Positions 42,230-53,151 of a stretch of 64,000 nucleotides of DNA are shown here, piece by piece. A program made the translations under genes and the position numbers. Where the stretch lies: positions 112,744 through 176,743 of the forward strand of contig JAVRCJ020000015.1 in the NCBI GenBank assembly GCA_034530875.2, read 5' to 3'. The stretch's first letter is position 1, and every line of letters starts with the position of its first letter. The notes under the pieces were generated by a model. It did not search any database. It saw only the letters and a list, made by a program, of their open reading frames with translations, and was not told where the DNA came from. This DNA is from Nostoc sp. DedSLP01 (GTDB lineage Bacteria; Cyanobacteriota; Cyanobacteriia; Cyanobacteriales; Nostocaceae).

Positions 42230-43510
42230 ATGTTTAAGATATTTAAGGGTTTTTACAAACCTAAGAATTCCCGCACAGTGCCGCTGTTAGAAATATTCTC
42301 AATGGCGATTGAAACACTGTGGAGTAATAAATTACGCACAGGGCTGACTATGCTGGGCGTAATTATTGGCATTTCTTCAGTGATTGCAATTACCTCTGTT
42401 GGTCAAGGGGTGCAAAAGGGAGTTGAACAACAGATTCAAGCATTGGGTACAGATGTGCTGCAAATTTTAGCCGGTGCAGCCAGAAGCGGTAATGTTCGCC
42501 AAGGAGTAGGTTCTAGCAGCACTTTAACCTGGGAAGATGCCAAAGCGATCGCCACACAAGCCCCATCGGTGCAAATGGTTTCTGCTTACCTGCAAAGGAC
42601 TGCTCAAGTTGTTTACGCAGGGCAGAACACTTCAACGACAATTTATGGTACAGATTTAAACTATCCAGAAGTCAGGAATACTCACCCCCAGCAAGGGAGA
42701 TATTTTACTCAAGAAGAATTAGATAGCGCCGCCCAACTTGCCATTCTCGGCCCTACAGTCCAAAAAACACTCTTTGCACAGGGTGGTAATGTTATCGGCG
42801 AGAGAATTCGGATTCAGGGAGAAGCTTACGAAGTGATTGGGGTAATGGAACCTAAAGGTTCTCAAGGCCCAATGGATCGAGATGACCAAATTTTTATTCC
42901 TCTAACTAGTATGTCGGCAAGACTAGTTGGTAATAATGCTTTGGTAGGCGTTTCTGTAACTGGAATTTTAGTCAAATCTGCTAATCAAGAAGATTTAGAA
43001 GCGGCTCAGTTTCAAGTCACAAATTTATTGCGTCTGCGGCATAATATTTATCCGCCCCAAGCAGATGATTTTCGCCTGACGAACCAAGCTGATATTGTGA
43101 GTACCTTCACAAATGTTGTGGGTTTATTTACAGTCATGGTAGTGGCGATCGCTGGAATTTCTTTAGTAGTTGGTGGTATTGGGATTGCCAACATTATGTT
43201 AGTTTCTGTAGTCGAACGCACGCGGGAAATCGGCATTCGTAAAGCTGTAGGAGCCACCAATTCAGCAATCTTAAATCAATTTTTAGCAGAAGCGATCGTC
43301 ATTTCGATTGTTGGCGGAGGTATTGGTATGGTAAGTGGCATTGTGCTTGCTTACGCAGCTGCAAATATTTTTAAGTTTCCATTTGTAATTTCTTTCTTAT
43401 CAATAATTGCTGGATTTGGACTTTCAATAACTGTTGGTTTAGTTGCTGGAGTGATTCCCGCACGTAACGCTTCCAAATTAGATCCAATCACTGCTTTACG
43501 TAGTGACTAA
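42230..43510 (+). CDS. MacB/FtsX-type ABC transporter permease
   Basis: NKLRTGLTMLGVIIGISSVI, ISLVVGGIGIANIMLVSVVERTREIGIRKAVGA, PARNASKLDPITALR. Confidence 0.95.
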   Translation: MFKIFKGFYKPKNSRTVPLLEIFSMAIETLWSNKLRTGLTMLGVIIGISSVIAITSVGQGVQKGVEQQIQALGTDVLQILAGAARSGNVRQGVGSSSTLTWEDAKAIATQAPSVQMVSAYLQRTAQVVYAGQNTSTTIYGTDLNYPEVRNTHPQQGRYFTQEELDSAAQLAILGPTVQKTLFAQGGNVIGERIRIQGEAYEVIGVMEPKGSQGPMDRDDQIFIPLTSMSARLVGNNALVGVSVTGILVKSANQEDLEAAQFQVTNLLRLRHNIYPPQADDFRLTNQADIVSTFTNVVGLFTVMVVAIAGISLVVGGIGIANIMLVSVVERTREIGIRKAVGATNSAILNQFLAEAIVISIVGGGIGMVSGIVLAYAAANIFKFPFVISFLSIIAGFGLSITVGLVAGVIPARNASKLDPITALRSD

Positions 43511-43544
43511 ATAATCCCTAATTTTTCTTAAAACAGGTGACTAA

Positions 43545-44216
43545 ATGCAACTTGAACTAGACCATATCTTTGTATGTGTTAAACCAGAAGCACCACCAGC
43601 AGAATTGCTAACTACTTTTGGACTTATAGAAGGTACTCGGAGAATTCATCGAGGTCAAGGGACTGCAAATGTTTGCTTCTTCTTTGAGAATGCTTATCTT
43701 GAATTACTTTGGCTTTTTGACACTCACGAAATCCAGTCTCCTCTTGTTCGCCTTACAGGTTTGTGGGAACGTTGCCGTTGGCAAGAAACCCAAGCTTGTC
43801 CTTTTGGCATTGCATTTCGGTCAACAGCTTTAGATTTAGGAAAAATACCATTTTCTACTTGGGATTATCATGCAAAATATTTACCACCAGAAGCTTCGAT
43901 TCCAATTGCAACCAATAGTGACAATTTATCAGAACCGTTGATTTTTATTTCTCCCACAAATAAAAAACCTATAGATTACGCCTTAGAACGGCAACTTCCT
44001 CTAGTTCATAAAGTTGGATTCAAAGAAATTACAGCATTACAGGTCATCTTACCCAGTACTCAAAACTTTTCTCCTGAAGTTAGAACGCTAATTGAGCTGG
44101 GATTAGTACAATTTTCACAAGGCAATTTTTACCAAGTACAAATAAAGTTTGATAACGGCAAAAAAGGTAATTTACAAGATTTTGGATCAGAATTACCGAT
44201 TTTATTTAAATGGTAG
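43545..44216 (+). CDS. VOC / glyoxalase-like protein
   Basis: LDHIFV, H.GQGTAN..FFFENAYLELLW, PFGIAFR. Confidence 0.8.
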   Translation: MQLELDHIFVCVKPEAPPAELLTTFGLIEGTRRIHRGQGTANVCFFFENAYLELLWLFDTHEIQSPLVRLTGLWERCRWQETQACPFGIAFRSTALDLGKIPFSTWDYHAKYLPPEASIPIATNSDNLSEPLIFISPTNKKPIDYALERQLPLVHKVGFKEITALQVILPSTQNFSPEVRTLIELGLVQFSQGNFYQVQIKFDNGKKGNLQDFGSELPILFKW

Positions 44217-44296
44217 TTAGAGAATTTTTGGTAAAAGTTTTAAATAATATCTTATTTAAAAAACAACAACTAACTATTTAATAACAAAAAACCAAT

Positions 44297-44968
44297 ATGC
44301 CAACAATGATTTGGATGGAATCGATTACTAAGACCTACCATTTAGGAGAAGTGAGCGTCCCTATACTCAAAGGTATTCAACTCTCTATTGAAGAAGGTGA
44401 ATACGTCTCTATTATGGGTGCGTCAGGTTCGGGTAAATCTACACTGATGAATATTTTAGGATGTTTGGATAGACCCACAACCGGACACTATATTTTTGAA
44501 GGCAGAAACCTCACAACTTTTGATGATGATGAATTAGCTTATATTCGCAATCAAAGAATAGGTTTTGTTTTCCAACAATTTAATTTATTAGCACGGGCGA
44601 CAGCATTAGAAAATGTCATGTTGCCAATGGTTTATGCTAACTTACCCAAACCAAAACGCCGCGAAAGGGCATTAGAAGCTCTGGAAAAAGTAGGACTAGC
44701 AGAACGCATTTCTAACCGTCCAAGTCAACTTTCTGGCGGACAACAACAACGGGTAGCTATTGCTCGTGCTTTAGTTAATCGACCTGCATTAGTGTTGGCA
44801 GACGAGCCAACAGGTGCGTTAGATACTGAGACTTCTTATGAAGTAATGAATTTGTTGACAGAACTTAATCAGCAAGGCATCACAATTGTGATTGTGACTC
44901 ACGAACCAGATATTGCTGCTCAAACTAAAAGAATTATCCGAGTTCAAGATGGTTTGATTGTGGGTTAG
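44297..44968 (+). CDS. ABC transporter ATP-binding protein (LolD/MacB type)
   Basis: [47 protein letters not shown]. Confidence 0.96.
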   Translation: MPTMIWMESITKTYHLGEVSVPILKGIQLSIEEGEYVSIMGASGSGKSTLMNILGCLDRPTTGHYIFEGRNLTTFDDDELAYIRNQRIGFVFQQFNLLARATALENVMLPMVYANLPKPKRRERALEALEKVGLAERISNRPSQLSGGQQQRVAIARALVNRPALVLADEPTGALDTETSYEVMNLLTELNQQGITIVIVTHEPDIAAQTKRIIRVQDGLIVG

Positions 44969-45047
44969 GGAATGGAGTATGGGGCATGGGGCATTTCTCA
45001 TCAGTTATTCTTCCTTCCTTTATTCCCCAGCATCCAATCTAATTAGA

Positions 45048-45079
45048 AATTACGAATTACGAATTACGAATTACGAATT
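45048..45079. repeat. AATTACG heptamer tandem repeat
   Basis: AATTACG x4 immediately before the TolC start codon. Confidence 0.85.
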
Positions 45080-46477
45080 ATGAATGTAAATTCTACCTGG
45101 ATTGTTTTGGCACTGGCTATTTTTTTCCCAACTTTTGCAAGTGCAGCAACTCCCCCACAACTACAAAATTCCTCAAGTTCTTTACAAGTTCCCGATTCTC
45201 TCAATCCCAATCCAAATCCTCTACAATTTCCTACCAAGCCAGAGGAAGTGAAAATTCAGCAAACTGTGCCAATTAGTTTGACACAAGCTCTGGAATTAGC
45301 ACAACGCAATAATCAAGATTTACAAATAGCTATTTTAGAATTAGAACGCAGCCGTGCAGCAGTGCGGGAATCTCAAGCAGTTTTATTTCCTAATCTTGGA
45401 ATTAACGGAAATCTTAGTAATAGTGGTAATGGTTTTAGCCGCAATTCATCTCAAGCAAGTACTTCTTTTAATGGTTCAGCACAACTGAATTATGATTTGT
45501 ATACTTCTGGTAACCGACAAGCTACTATTCGAGCGGCTGAGGAACAGTTGCGAATAGATGAATTAGATGTTCAAAGTAGAGCTTTAGAAATTCAACTTAA
45601 TGCGACGACTCAATATTACGATCTGCAACAGGCAGATCAACAAGTACGAATTAATCAGTCTGCTGTGAATAATGCCGAGGCGAGTTTGCGGGATACTCAA
45701 GCTAGAGAAAACGCTGGCGTAGGTACGGGATTTGATGTACTGCAAGCTCAGGTGAATTTAGCTAACGCTCAACAAGAACTGACTAATGCTCTTTCCCAAC
45801 AGCTTATTGCGCGTCGTCAGTTAGCAACTCTGTTAAGTTTGGCGCAGTCAGTTAATATCACTGCCTCAGATCCCGTACAATTAGCGGGCCTTTGGCAGCC
45901 AACATTAGAAGAAACTATTGTCCAAGCTTTTCAAAATCGGCCGGAATTGCAACAGCAATTAGCACAACGTAATATTTATGAGCAACAGCGACGGCAGGCA
46001 CTTTCACAACTAGGGCCGCAAATTAGTTTAGCAGCTAACTACAATCTACTAGATCGGTACAACGATGGTGCGAGCATTGCTGATGGCTATTCTGTAGGAC
46101 TGCAAGCAAACCTGAATTTATTTGATGGGGGAGCAGCAAGAGCGCGTGCAGCTCAGTCTAAAAGTAATATTGCGATCGCCGAAGTACAATTTGCAAGCCA
46201 GCGCGACCAAATTCGCTTTAATGTAGAACAGTACTATTCTCAACTACAAGCCAATTTAAATAACGTACAGGCTTCTAGTGTCGCTTTAAATCAAGCTACA
46301 GAAGCTCTGAATTTGGCTCGGTTGAGGTTTCAAGCTGGTGTCGGCACTCAAACAGAGGTAATTGCTGCGGAAAACGACCTCACAAGAGCAGAAGGCAATC
46401 GAGTCACAGCTATCTTAGATTACAATCGCGCTTTAGCTAATTTACAAAGATCCGTTACTTCCGGGGCTTTGCGGTAA
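45080..46477 (+). CDS. TolC family outer-membrane efflux protein
   Basis: ISLTQALELAQRNN, YYDLQQAD, GVGT.FDVLQAQV, RFQAGVGTQTEV, ILDYNRALANLQR. Confidence 0.92.
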   Translation: MNVNSTWIVLALAIFFPTFASAATPPQLQNSSSSLQVPDSLNPNPNPLQFPTKPEEVKIQQTVPISLTQALELAQRNNQDLQIAILELERSRAAVRESQAVLFPNLGINGNLSNSGNGFSRNSSQASTSFNGSAQLNYDLYTSGNRQATIRAAEEQLRIDELDVQSRALEIQLNATTQYYDLQQADQQVRINQSAVNNAEASLRDTQARENAGVGTGFDVLQAQVNLANAQQELTNALSQQLIARRQLATLLSLAQSVNITASDPVQLAGLWQPTLEETIVQAFQNRPELQQQLAQRNIYEQQRRQALSQLGPQISLAANYNLLDRYNDGASIADGYSVGLQANLNLFDGGAARARAAQSKSNIAIAEVQFASQRDQIRFNVEQYYSQLQANLNNVQASSVALNQATEALNLARLRFQAGVGTQTEVIAAENDLTRAEGNRVTAILDYNRALANLQRSVTSGALR

Positions 46478-46517
46478 AGTCAAATCATTGCAAAATAGTT
46501 TGTTGCCTTCTACTTAA

Positions 46518-47099
46518 TTGATGTCAATGGTTTTGATGAAGCTGTATCCCCATATTTATTTAGCAATTGCTCTTATTTTCCTTGCTTCTTGTCAATCAAC
46601 TGAAATTCAACCAAAATCACAACTCGACGTTACCCAAACAAGCACATCTCAGAAGATAGTAACTCTGGATAAAAATTTCCAAATAGCAACAGGTCAAACT
46701 ATCTATGTTCCTGTCTATTCTCATATTTACCATCATAATAAGCAGGAAATTTTTGAATTAGCAGTTACCCTGAGTGTTCGGAATACAGATTTGAACAATC
46801 CAATGGTTGTTACTTCTGTGCGCTACTATAACTCAGAAGGTAAATTAGTTAAGCAATATTTGGAACGTCCAATTCAAATCGATGCTTTAGCGTCCACAGA
46901 TTTTTTTATTAATAGAAATGATACTAGTGGAGGTTTAGGAGCAAACTTTATTGTTGAGTGGGTAGCGCAAACGCAAATATCCCAACCTATAGTAGAAGCA
47001 GTAATGATTGGTACTGATTTTCAGCAAGGAATTTCTTTTACTAGTAGTGGTAGGGTTATTAAAACTCAAAATAACGATAAGCGATCGCCTGCAAAATAA
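46518..47099 (+). CDS. DUF3124 family lipoprotein
   Basis: Lipobox LASC, GQTIYVPVYSHIY, TLSVRNTD, GGLGANFIVEW, PIVEAVMIG; start codon uncertain. Confidence 0.85.
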   Translation: MMSMVLMKLYPHIYLAIALIFLASCQSTEIQPKSQLDVTQTSTSQKIVTLDKNFQIATGQTIYVPVYSHIYHHNKQEIFELAVTLSVRNTDLNNPMVVTSVRYYNSEGKLVKQYLERPIQIDALASTDFFINRNDTSGGLGANFIVEWVAQTQISQPIVEAVMIGTDFQQGISFTSSGRVIKTQNNDKRSPAK

Positions 47100-47213
47100 G
47101 CAACTTTTAAATAAAAAATATCTCATGAGTTAATCGAATTGAGTTTGCTAGCAAGCTCCAAATAGCCTGTTGTTTATAGTTCTTTTACAAAGCTGGGAAT
47201 AATAAACACAGTA

Positions 47214-48464
47214 ATGGCTATATTTATGAGTTTTTTCAACAAATTTAACTGGAATATTCGGCATCAAAATTCTCAAAATCAGTCTGGGATATATACACCT
47301 ACTACCAGCCAACAAGCTGTAGTACAGTCCCATCACCAAGCGCCTACCAAACGCAAGGGGGGTATAGGGAGTAAACTTATTTGGATAACCATACTTATAG
47401 GCATTCCTGGTGGCGTTGTTTGGGTGGCGAACCTGCCTTATCCAGTGATTCGCCGTCCGGTGGTGCAAAATGCGCCTGTTTTGTTATTACCTAGCTATAT
47501 GAGCGTGGATAATCATTATCGGCAGGCATTAGTAACAGTGGAACAAGCTGAACAATTGATTGAAAAAGCTACCAGTTCAGCAGATTTGGATTTGGGAGAA
47601 CAGAAGTTACAACAGGCACAACACCATCTTGATGAATTACCAACTTGGTTTGTTAATGATTTGTCTGAATATAAATATTGGTGGTACGATCGCCAGTTTA
47701 CAATCTACGGTTTTAATGAATCTCGTCGTCTAGTTGGGCAGCTAGAAGCTAAGGTTTTTCAAGAAAAGAACGCTCAAACTTTGCTTGCAGATAATACCCA
47801 AGCTTTATTAAAAGCAAAACAGCAATATCAACAGGCTACAACAGCAACAGATCAAAAAACAGCGATCGCAGCTTGGCAAACAGCACTCGATGGATTAGAG
47901 CAAATCCCCAGTCAAACCCTAGCAGGAAAAACTGCACAAAATCAACTAGATGCCTACGAGCGTGAGTTTAAGGAAGTTGTAGGATTGGCCGCAGGAAATG
48001 AGCGCATCAGTGCTTTAATCGCAGCAGCACGGCAATTTTCCTGGCAAGCTGCCAAAGCTGGCCAGAATCCACCACACGCTGTAAGTGAGTGGGAACAGAT
48101 AGAACATTTATGGAAAGAAGCTATTGAACGACTCCAAGAGGTTCCTACAAACGACGTAGCTGGTTATGCTCAAGCACAAGAGTTACTAGCAATTTATGAG
48201 AGGAATTTAGGTGAAGTTAAAGTTAGACGGCAAGCTGAGGCTGATGGTGTGGACGCTTTATCAGCAGCGCAACAAAAAATCGAAAGCTTGCTGGCTTCAA
48301 TTCCTGATGATGCTCATTCTCTAGATCGCAATCGCATCACTAGCAAATTGCAGAGTATTGTTCATGAATTAGAAAAGGTGCAGAGTGGCACAACTGCCTA
48401 TCTCAAAGCTCAAGAGTTACTCCTATCAGCAAATAATAAACTCAAACAGTTGCAGGCTAAATAA
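47214..48464 (+). CDS. Hypothetical membrane-anchored helical-repeat protein
   Basis: Single TM (LIWITILIGIPGGVVWV), NLPYPVIRRPV motif, repeated A...W..A...L..IP helices. Confidence 0.8.
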   Translation: MAIFMSFFNKFNWNIRHQNSQNQSGIYTPTTSQQAVVQSHHQAPTKRKGGIGSKLIWITILIGIPGGVVWVANLPYPVIRRPVVQNAPVLLLPSYMSVDNHYRQALVTVEQAEQLIEKATSSADLDLGEQKLQQAQHHLDELPTWFVNDLSEYKYWWYDRQFTIYGFNESRRLVGQLEAKVFQEKNAQTLLADNTQALLKAKQQYQQATTATDQKTAIAAWQTALDGLEQIPSQTLAGKTAQNQLDAYEREFKEVVGLAAGNERISALIAAARQFSWQAAKAGQNPPHAVSEWEQIEHLWKEAIERLQEVPTNDVAGYAQAQELLAIYERNLGEVKVRRQAEADGVDALSAAQQKIESLLASIPDDAHSLDRNRITSKLQSIVHELEKVQSGTTAYLKAQELLLSANNKLKQLQAK

Positions 48465-48733
48465 ATACTAGAAGTCCTTCGTCATTGAAGTGTAACCAGC
48501 GATTAAGAATGTTACTCCACAGGAGAGAGCGATATTACTAAGTTAGTGAGGTAGAGTAAGGTTATTCTGAAACTCAACTACAAATTTTGGGCTGCAATCA
48601 CCCAGGATTTTACTACCGTATCTGCATAACTTAGAGAGAAAGCGATCGCCAGCGTAAATAATTAACTGCAATGCATAAATTGTTAGATTATTACAGTTAA
48701 ATATACATACTCAATAACAAAACATAATAATCT

Positions 48734-48934
48734 ATGAAACTCACTAAGTCCCTCAATTTTCCTAATCTGGTTGGTTCTATTTTCCTACCTAAAATTACCA
48801 ACAATCAAAAAGCTACTTCTAGGAAGAGCGAATCAATTACTTTACCTACTAATCCCATAAATATCAATTACCTCCAATCTTTTGATACTGCTGTTATTGC
48901 TTATCAGATGATGGGTTTTGGCGACTTTGAATAA
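48734..48934 (+). CDS. Microprotein (66 aa), paralog of 61424-61594
   Basis: C-terminus INYLQSFDTAVIAYQMMGFGDFE matches VNYLKSFDTAFIAYYMMGFDSF of the second ORF. Confidence 0.7.
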   Translation: MKLTKSLNFPNLVGSIFLPKITNNQKATSRKSESITLPTNPININYLQSFDTAVIAYQMMGFGDFE

Positions 48935-49207
48935 AGTACAATCTCACCACAGCGTCTAAAAAGCTACTTTACCTCTCCCAATTAGGAGGGGTTTTTTATT
49001 TCGTTTTGGACTTTGAGTCTTGTAGGGGTAGTAAGACTTTCTTGTTTCCCCTACACCCTATACCCTATCCCCTGCCTTAACGACAGGACTTCCCGTGAAA
49101 AGTTAGAACTGTATTGCTTCATATAGCTGTAGCCAGATAGGTTGGGACATATTAAAAGCTTGAATGCTGGAAATAGTCAGACTTTCCCTCCTGCCTTCTG
49201 CCTCCTG

Positions 49208-50887
49208 CTATAGCTGACCGTACTTTTGTAAGTTATCCTTAACTATATCTCTTAACTTTCTAGCTAAGCTTCCACGTTTAAAAAACCAAAGAGCATTGAG
49301 AGCAGCACGGCTAAAACCATCGTTTATAGATTGATTAATCAAACGAGGAACAACAACCTGAATGCGTTCTTGGATTTGTCTTTCGAGAGATTTAAAATTT
49401 TCTTGTTGATATATAGGCCAATTAGGTAGATTAATTTCTTTTGTTGCCGAACCAAAAAGAGGAATAATTGGCAAGAATATTTCTTGCTCTCCGTCTTTTT
49501 CAACCTGTAATTGAGGATTAGTCTTGAGTGCTTCTGACCATGCATTGAATAGTGGATTAGAAGCTGGTAAGACAAAATATTTTTGCAGAAATCTTTGGCA
49601 ATTGCGACGACCAAGTATATAGTCGTGATGGCGGAATTCCCGGGATAAGAAGCCACCAAAAGCATTGAGACTACCACAAGCTAGAGGTTTTCTGCCTTGG
49701 CGATCGCTGCGTACAGGAGCAATCAAAAATCGGCTGTAAACATCTTCATCTAATGCAAGAATTAATTCATCAGCTTTGAATCTATTTTGATTAATAAAAC
49801 TTTGAAATATCCGCAATAGTAAGCTGAGTAAATTACTTTGTGGATTTATTGCATCCACATCATTGGGAAATGGATCTATTAACACAGTAGCTCGATTTGC
49901 ACGCTCTCCATCGCGTAGATTGCGCTCTTGATTGCCTCGGAGTGTCGAGCGAACTAGTTCTATAGGTTCGTTGCTAATAATTCCACCGTCCACTGTTACA
50001 AACTGATATAGACCTGGAGGAACTAAATCTTTATCGGGACTGATAGAGCGATACTCGGAACACGTACCTGTTTCTCTTGGGTTACGAGTTGGTATTTCCC
50101 ACTTACGTTTTTCGTATTCATCGATACTATTGCGCTGAAGCTCGTAAGGAGGAAAACCGACGGGAAAGGCGCTGCTGGCTAATGCTGAATCAATCAGTAT
50201 TCTCCAATTACTAGTATCACTTTTATCGGGATTGAGAGCGATCGCATCTTCATCCCCACTACTATTTTCACCTATAGCAAAATGCATGAAATCTGCATGT
50301 TTAACCATAGTATGTCCTTTAACGCTAGAGTTCTCTCCTTGAGATGTAATTAGATAAGGAACCCCACGCAGATTAGTAATACACAAATAAACTTCAAACG
50401 GATCGGCAATATAAGGCCGTTTGTTACCTGTAGATTCTATACTCAGAACATCGTTGCCAAGCTCTTTGAGAATAGTAGGATCGAGAAATGACAAAACAGG
50501 GACTTTGGAATCCTGCAAATCCTGAGTCTTTAAAAGTTCAGAAATGTCTATTCTTTGTACCCAAGTTTCATAAAGTTTATTCCTCACCGGATTGTTCAAT
50601 GGATATCCATTTACAGGGATGATATCGCTATATAATGACGATGCTGTAGTAGCAGCAACAATAGCACCTGCGGATGCTCCAGACATTGCCTTAATGAAAA
50701 CATCATGTGGTGGAATTTCCCATTGTGAAAAATTATCGCCATATAATTCCTGCTGCTTTGCTTTTTGCTCGTACCACCGATCTAAAGCTTCAAACATAAA
50801 ATCAATTACACCAGAAGTATATGCACCAGCAGAGACAGCGCCAGCCATCACTAAACCAATATCAAAGTGTGGTAATTTCCCATTCAT
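49208..50887 (-). CDS. Patatin-like phospholipase
   Basis: Oxyanion-type AGAVSAGAY, nucleophile GASAG, ASSAFPVGF, DGG; ATG 50887 preferred over 50968. Confidence 0.88.
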   Translation of the reverse strand: MNGKLPHFDIGLVMAGAVSAGAYTSGVIDFMFEALDRWYEQKAKQQELYGDNFSQWEIPPHDVFIKAMSGASAGAIVAATTASSLYSDIIPVNGYPLNNPVRNKLYETWVQRIDISELLKTQDLQDSKVPVLSFLDPTILKELGNDVLSIESTGNKRPYIADPFEVYLCITNLRGVPYLITSQGENSSVKGHTMVKHADFMHFAIGENSSGDEDAIALNPDKSDTSNWRILIDSALASSAFPVGFPPYELQRNSIDEYEKRKWEIPTRNPRETGTCSEYRSISPDKDLVPPGLYQFVTVDGGIISNEPIELVRSTLRGNQERNLRDGERANRATVLIDPFPNDVDAINPQSNLLSLLLRIFQSFINQNRFKADELILALDEDVYSRFLIAPVRSDRQGRKPLACGSLNAFGGFLSREFRHHDYILGRRNCQRFLQKYFVLPASNPLFNAWSEALKTNPQLQVEKDGEQEIFLPIIPLFGSATKEINLPNWPIYQQENFKSLERQIQERIQVVVPRLINQSINDGFSRAALNALWFFKRGSLARKLRDIVKDNLQKYGQL

Positions 50888-51195
50888 ATTTAAATTCCTT
50901 ATTAGTGAGTCAGAATTCACGAGAGAACCCTGGCGGGCAATTTTCACCCTTGGTACAGCCCACCGCAAGCATCACAAGTCCGCAGAATCAGAATAATTAA
51001 ATCAGGATAAAATCCGATGAATAAATATAATTTAATTCATCTACACTCAACTCGATTGTTAAAAATTAAAAATCAAGGTCATTGCCGATTAATAAGATGA
51101 TTCTGATAATTTTGCAAAAAGGACATCTGACCCCATGCTTATATTTTGGGCAGGTCGAAAAGCCCGCCCTACAACCTGCATTCCGCAACGCCAAA

Positions 51196-53151
51196 TTAAG
51201 AATTAGCTCCAGATGATTTAGTTGCAGCATATTGCAAAATCACATCGCTTGCTTTTTCACTAATCATATATATGGGCGTCACAATAAAAAATCCAGGAAT
51301 AAAAGGAAATACAGATGCATCTACCACGCGTAAATTCTGCGTTCCATATACACGGAACTCACTATCTAAGACTGCCATTGGGTCATCTTTGCGTCCAATT
51401 TTACAAGTTCCGCAAGCGTGATGTCCCCAAGCTTCGTCTTTGATAAATTGCTTAATTTCATGTTGTTCGTCTATACTGTTTCCTGGTAGCATTTCAGCTT
51501 TAACGAACAACTGAGTACGCTCGGTCAAGCGTCTAATAAATTCGACTCCTTCAACAATAGATTCTAAGTCTTGTTCCTTGGTATCGTTACCTTCATCGAA
51601 GTATCTAAAATTAATTTCTGGTACATCTCTAGGGTCAGTTGTTTTCAGTGTTACTGAACCTGCTGTGTTATTGGTATGAGCCTTGAGTACAGCCCAAGTA
51701 AACAGGTCTTTATACTTACCAATATCTTCAGAATATTTGAGGAAATAACCTTTGAAAAAAGCTGGCAATCCAAAAATAAATAAATCTGGTTCTGGTCTAT
51801 CTGCGTGGGATTTCTTGATAATCCCTAAAACGGCTCCATTAGTTACATATACACCCGATTTAGAACGATTCCATTCTAATAAACAAGTATCGTTAACTTT
51901 CTGTCCGGGTTCTGGTTCGGTAAAAGTACAATTATCCAGGATGCTGAAGTTTCGATTCATCTGACTTACCACACCGACTTCATAGCGATCCTGTAAATTC
52001 TGACCAACTCCCGGAAGATCTACGCGGACTTCTATTCCTAAATTAGTTAATTCTTCTTTCGCGCCGATTCCAGACAGCTTGAGTATTTGGGGAGTATTAA
52101 AAGCACCTCCAGATAAAATTACTTCTCTTTTTACAAATACTTTGTGGCTATCTTGAGAGTTATTTACTGTTTTATCTGCTTGAGGATCTGCACGATATAT
52201 GTGTTTACCTTCAAGGTATTCTACACCAATGGCAGTGTTATTTTCATCAAATAAAACTTTGGTTACCAATGCATGAGTTTTGACAATCAATTTATCGGGA
52301 AATTTGCGTTCGATTTCCCGAATATATTCTCTTGTACCATTGCGTTTTCCGTCCTTAATCGCCAGCGGTACAGAAAAGACACCCTCACCACTGACTTTGG
52401 TGATTTTCCAGTCATTGGGGTCTAAAAGTGTGTCTAAAAACTCCAGAGGATCTTTTTGTCGCAGTTTGAGAAAAGCTAATAAATTAGCCAAGAAACTCTT
52501 CAAAACTACCTTAATCACTTGCGGTAGACTTTTACCTTGTTCTGCTAAAGCTTCAATAGCAGATTTCAGAATCACTTTCAGGAGTTGGCGATCGCGCACT
52601 ACTAGTTTAGGATCTGCTAAGTTAGTTGTTAGCCAGCCATCAAAGCCGTGCCGAGTCGGATTATCATTAGGGTTGATGGGGCGATCGAGATAATTGCAGC
52701 GCTCTAACCTTTCAAAATACTTCCGCATATTATCGCTGTTCCAGGAAGTATCTCCTGTGATTTGGGCAATTTTGTCCCAATCGCTATTGTGAGGATACAC
52801 GGTAATCATGGCATTATGAGCAGTGCATCCCCCCAATGTCCCAGCTCGTGGATACAGAATACCCTTATGTTCTGCACTAAACTTGGAATCACGACTCTGC
52901 TGTTCTTCGTTAGAGTAGTGTTTAACAAAAAAATCCCATCGCAAATCTTTATCTTCTGTCGCCCGTGCATGAAATGCTGGTACTGAGTAAGTATAGCGTT
53001 CTCTATCTTTATCCTTTTCATCGCGCAAAGGATCGCCACCTGCTTCTAATAGCAAAACTTTGTAGCCTGCTTTAGCTAAATTTGCAGCTACGGGGCCTCC
53101 TCCAGCACCGGAACCAACAACAATATAATCGTACTCGGCTTCTTTACTCAT
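51196..53151 (-). CDS. GMC family FAD oxidoreductase
   Basis: YDYIVVGSGAGG, YPRAGTLGGCTAHN, ILSGGAFNTPQILKLSGIG, GVGQNLQD, HHACGTCKIG, LRVVDASVFP. Confidence 0.93.
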   Translation of the reverse strand: MSKEAEYDYIVVGSGAGGGPVAANLAKAGYKVLLLEAGGDPLRDEKDKDRERYTYSVPAFHARATEDKDLRWDFFVKHYSNEEQQSRDSKFSAEHKGILYPRAGTLGGCTAHNAMITVYPHNSDWDKIAQITGDTSWNSDNMRKYFERLERCNYLDRPINPNDNPTRHGFDGWLTTNLADPKLVVRDRQLLKVILKSAIEALAEQGKSLPQVIKVVLKSFLANLLAFLKLRQKDPLEFLDTLLDPNDWKITKVSGEGVFSVPLAIKDGKRNGTREYIREIERKFPDKLIVKTHALVTKVLFDENNTAIGVEYLEGKHIYRADPQADKTVNNSQDSHKVFVKREVILSGGAFNTPQILKLSGIGAKEELTNLGIEVRVDLPGVGQNLQDRYEVGVVSQMNRNFSILDNCTFTEPEPGQKVNDTCLLEWNRSKSGVYVTNGAVLGIIKKSHADRPEPDLFIFGLPAFFKGYFLKYSEDIGKYKDLFTWAVLKAHTNNTAGSVTLKTTDPRDVPEINFRYFDEGNDTKEQDLESIVEGVEFIRRLTERTQLFVKAEMLPGNSIDEQHEIKQFIKDEAWGHHACGTCKIGRKDDPMAVLDSEFRVYGTQNLRVVDASVFPFIPGFFIVTPIYMISEKASDVILQYAATKSSGANS

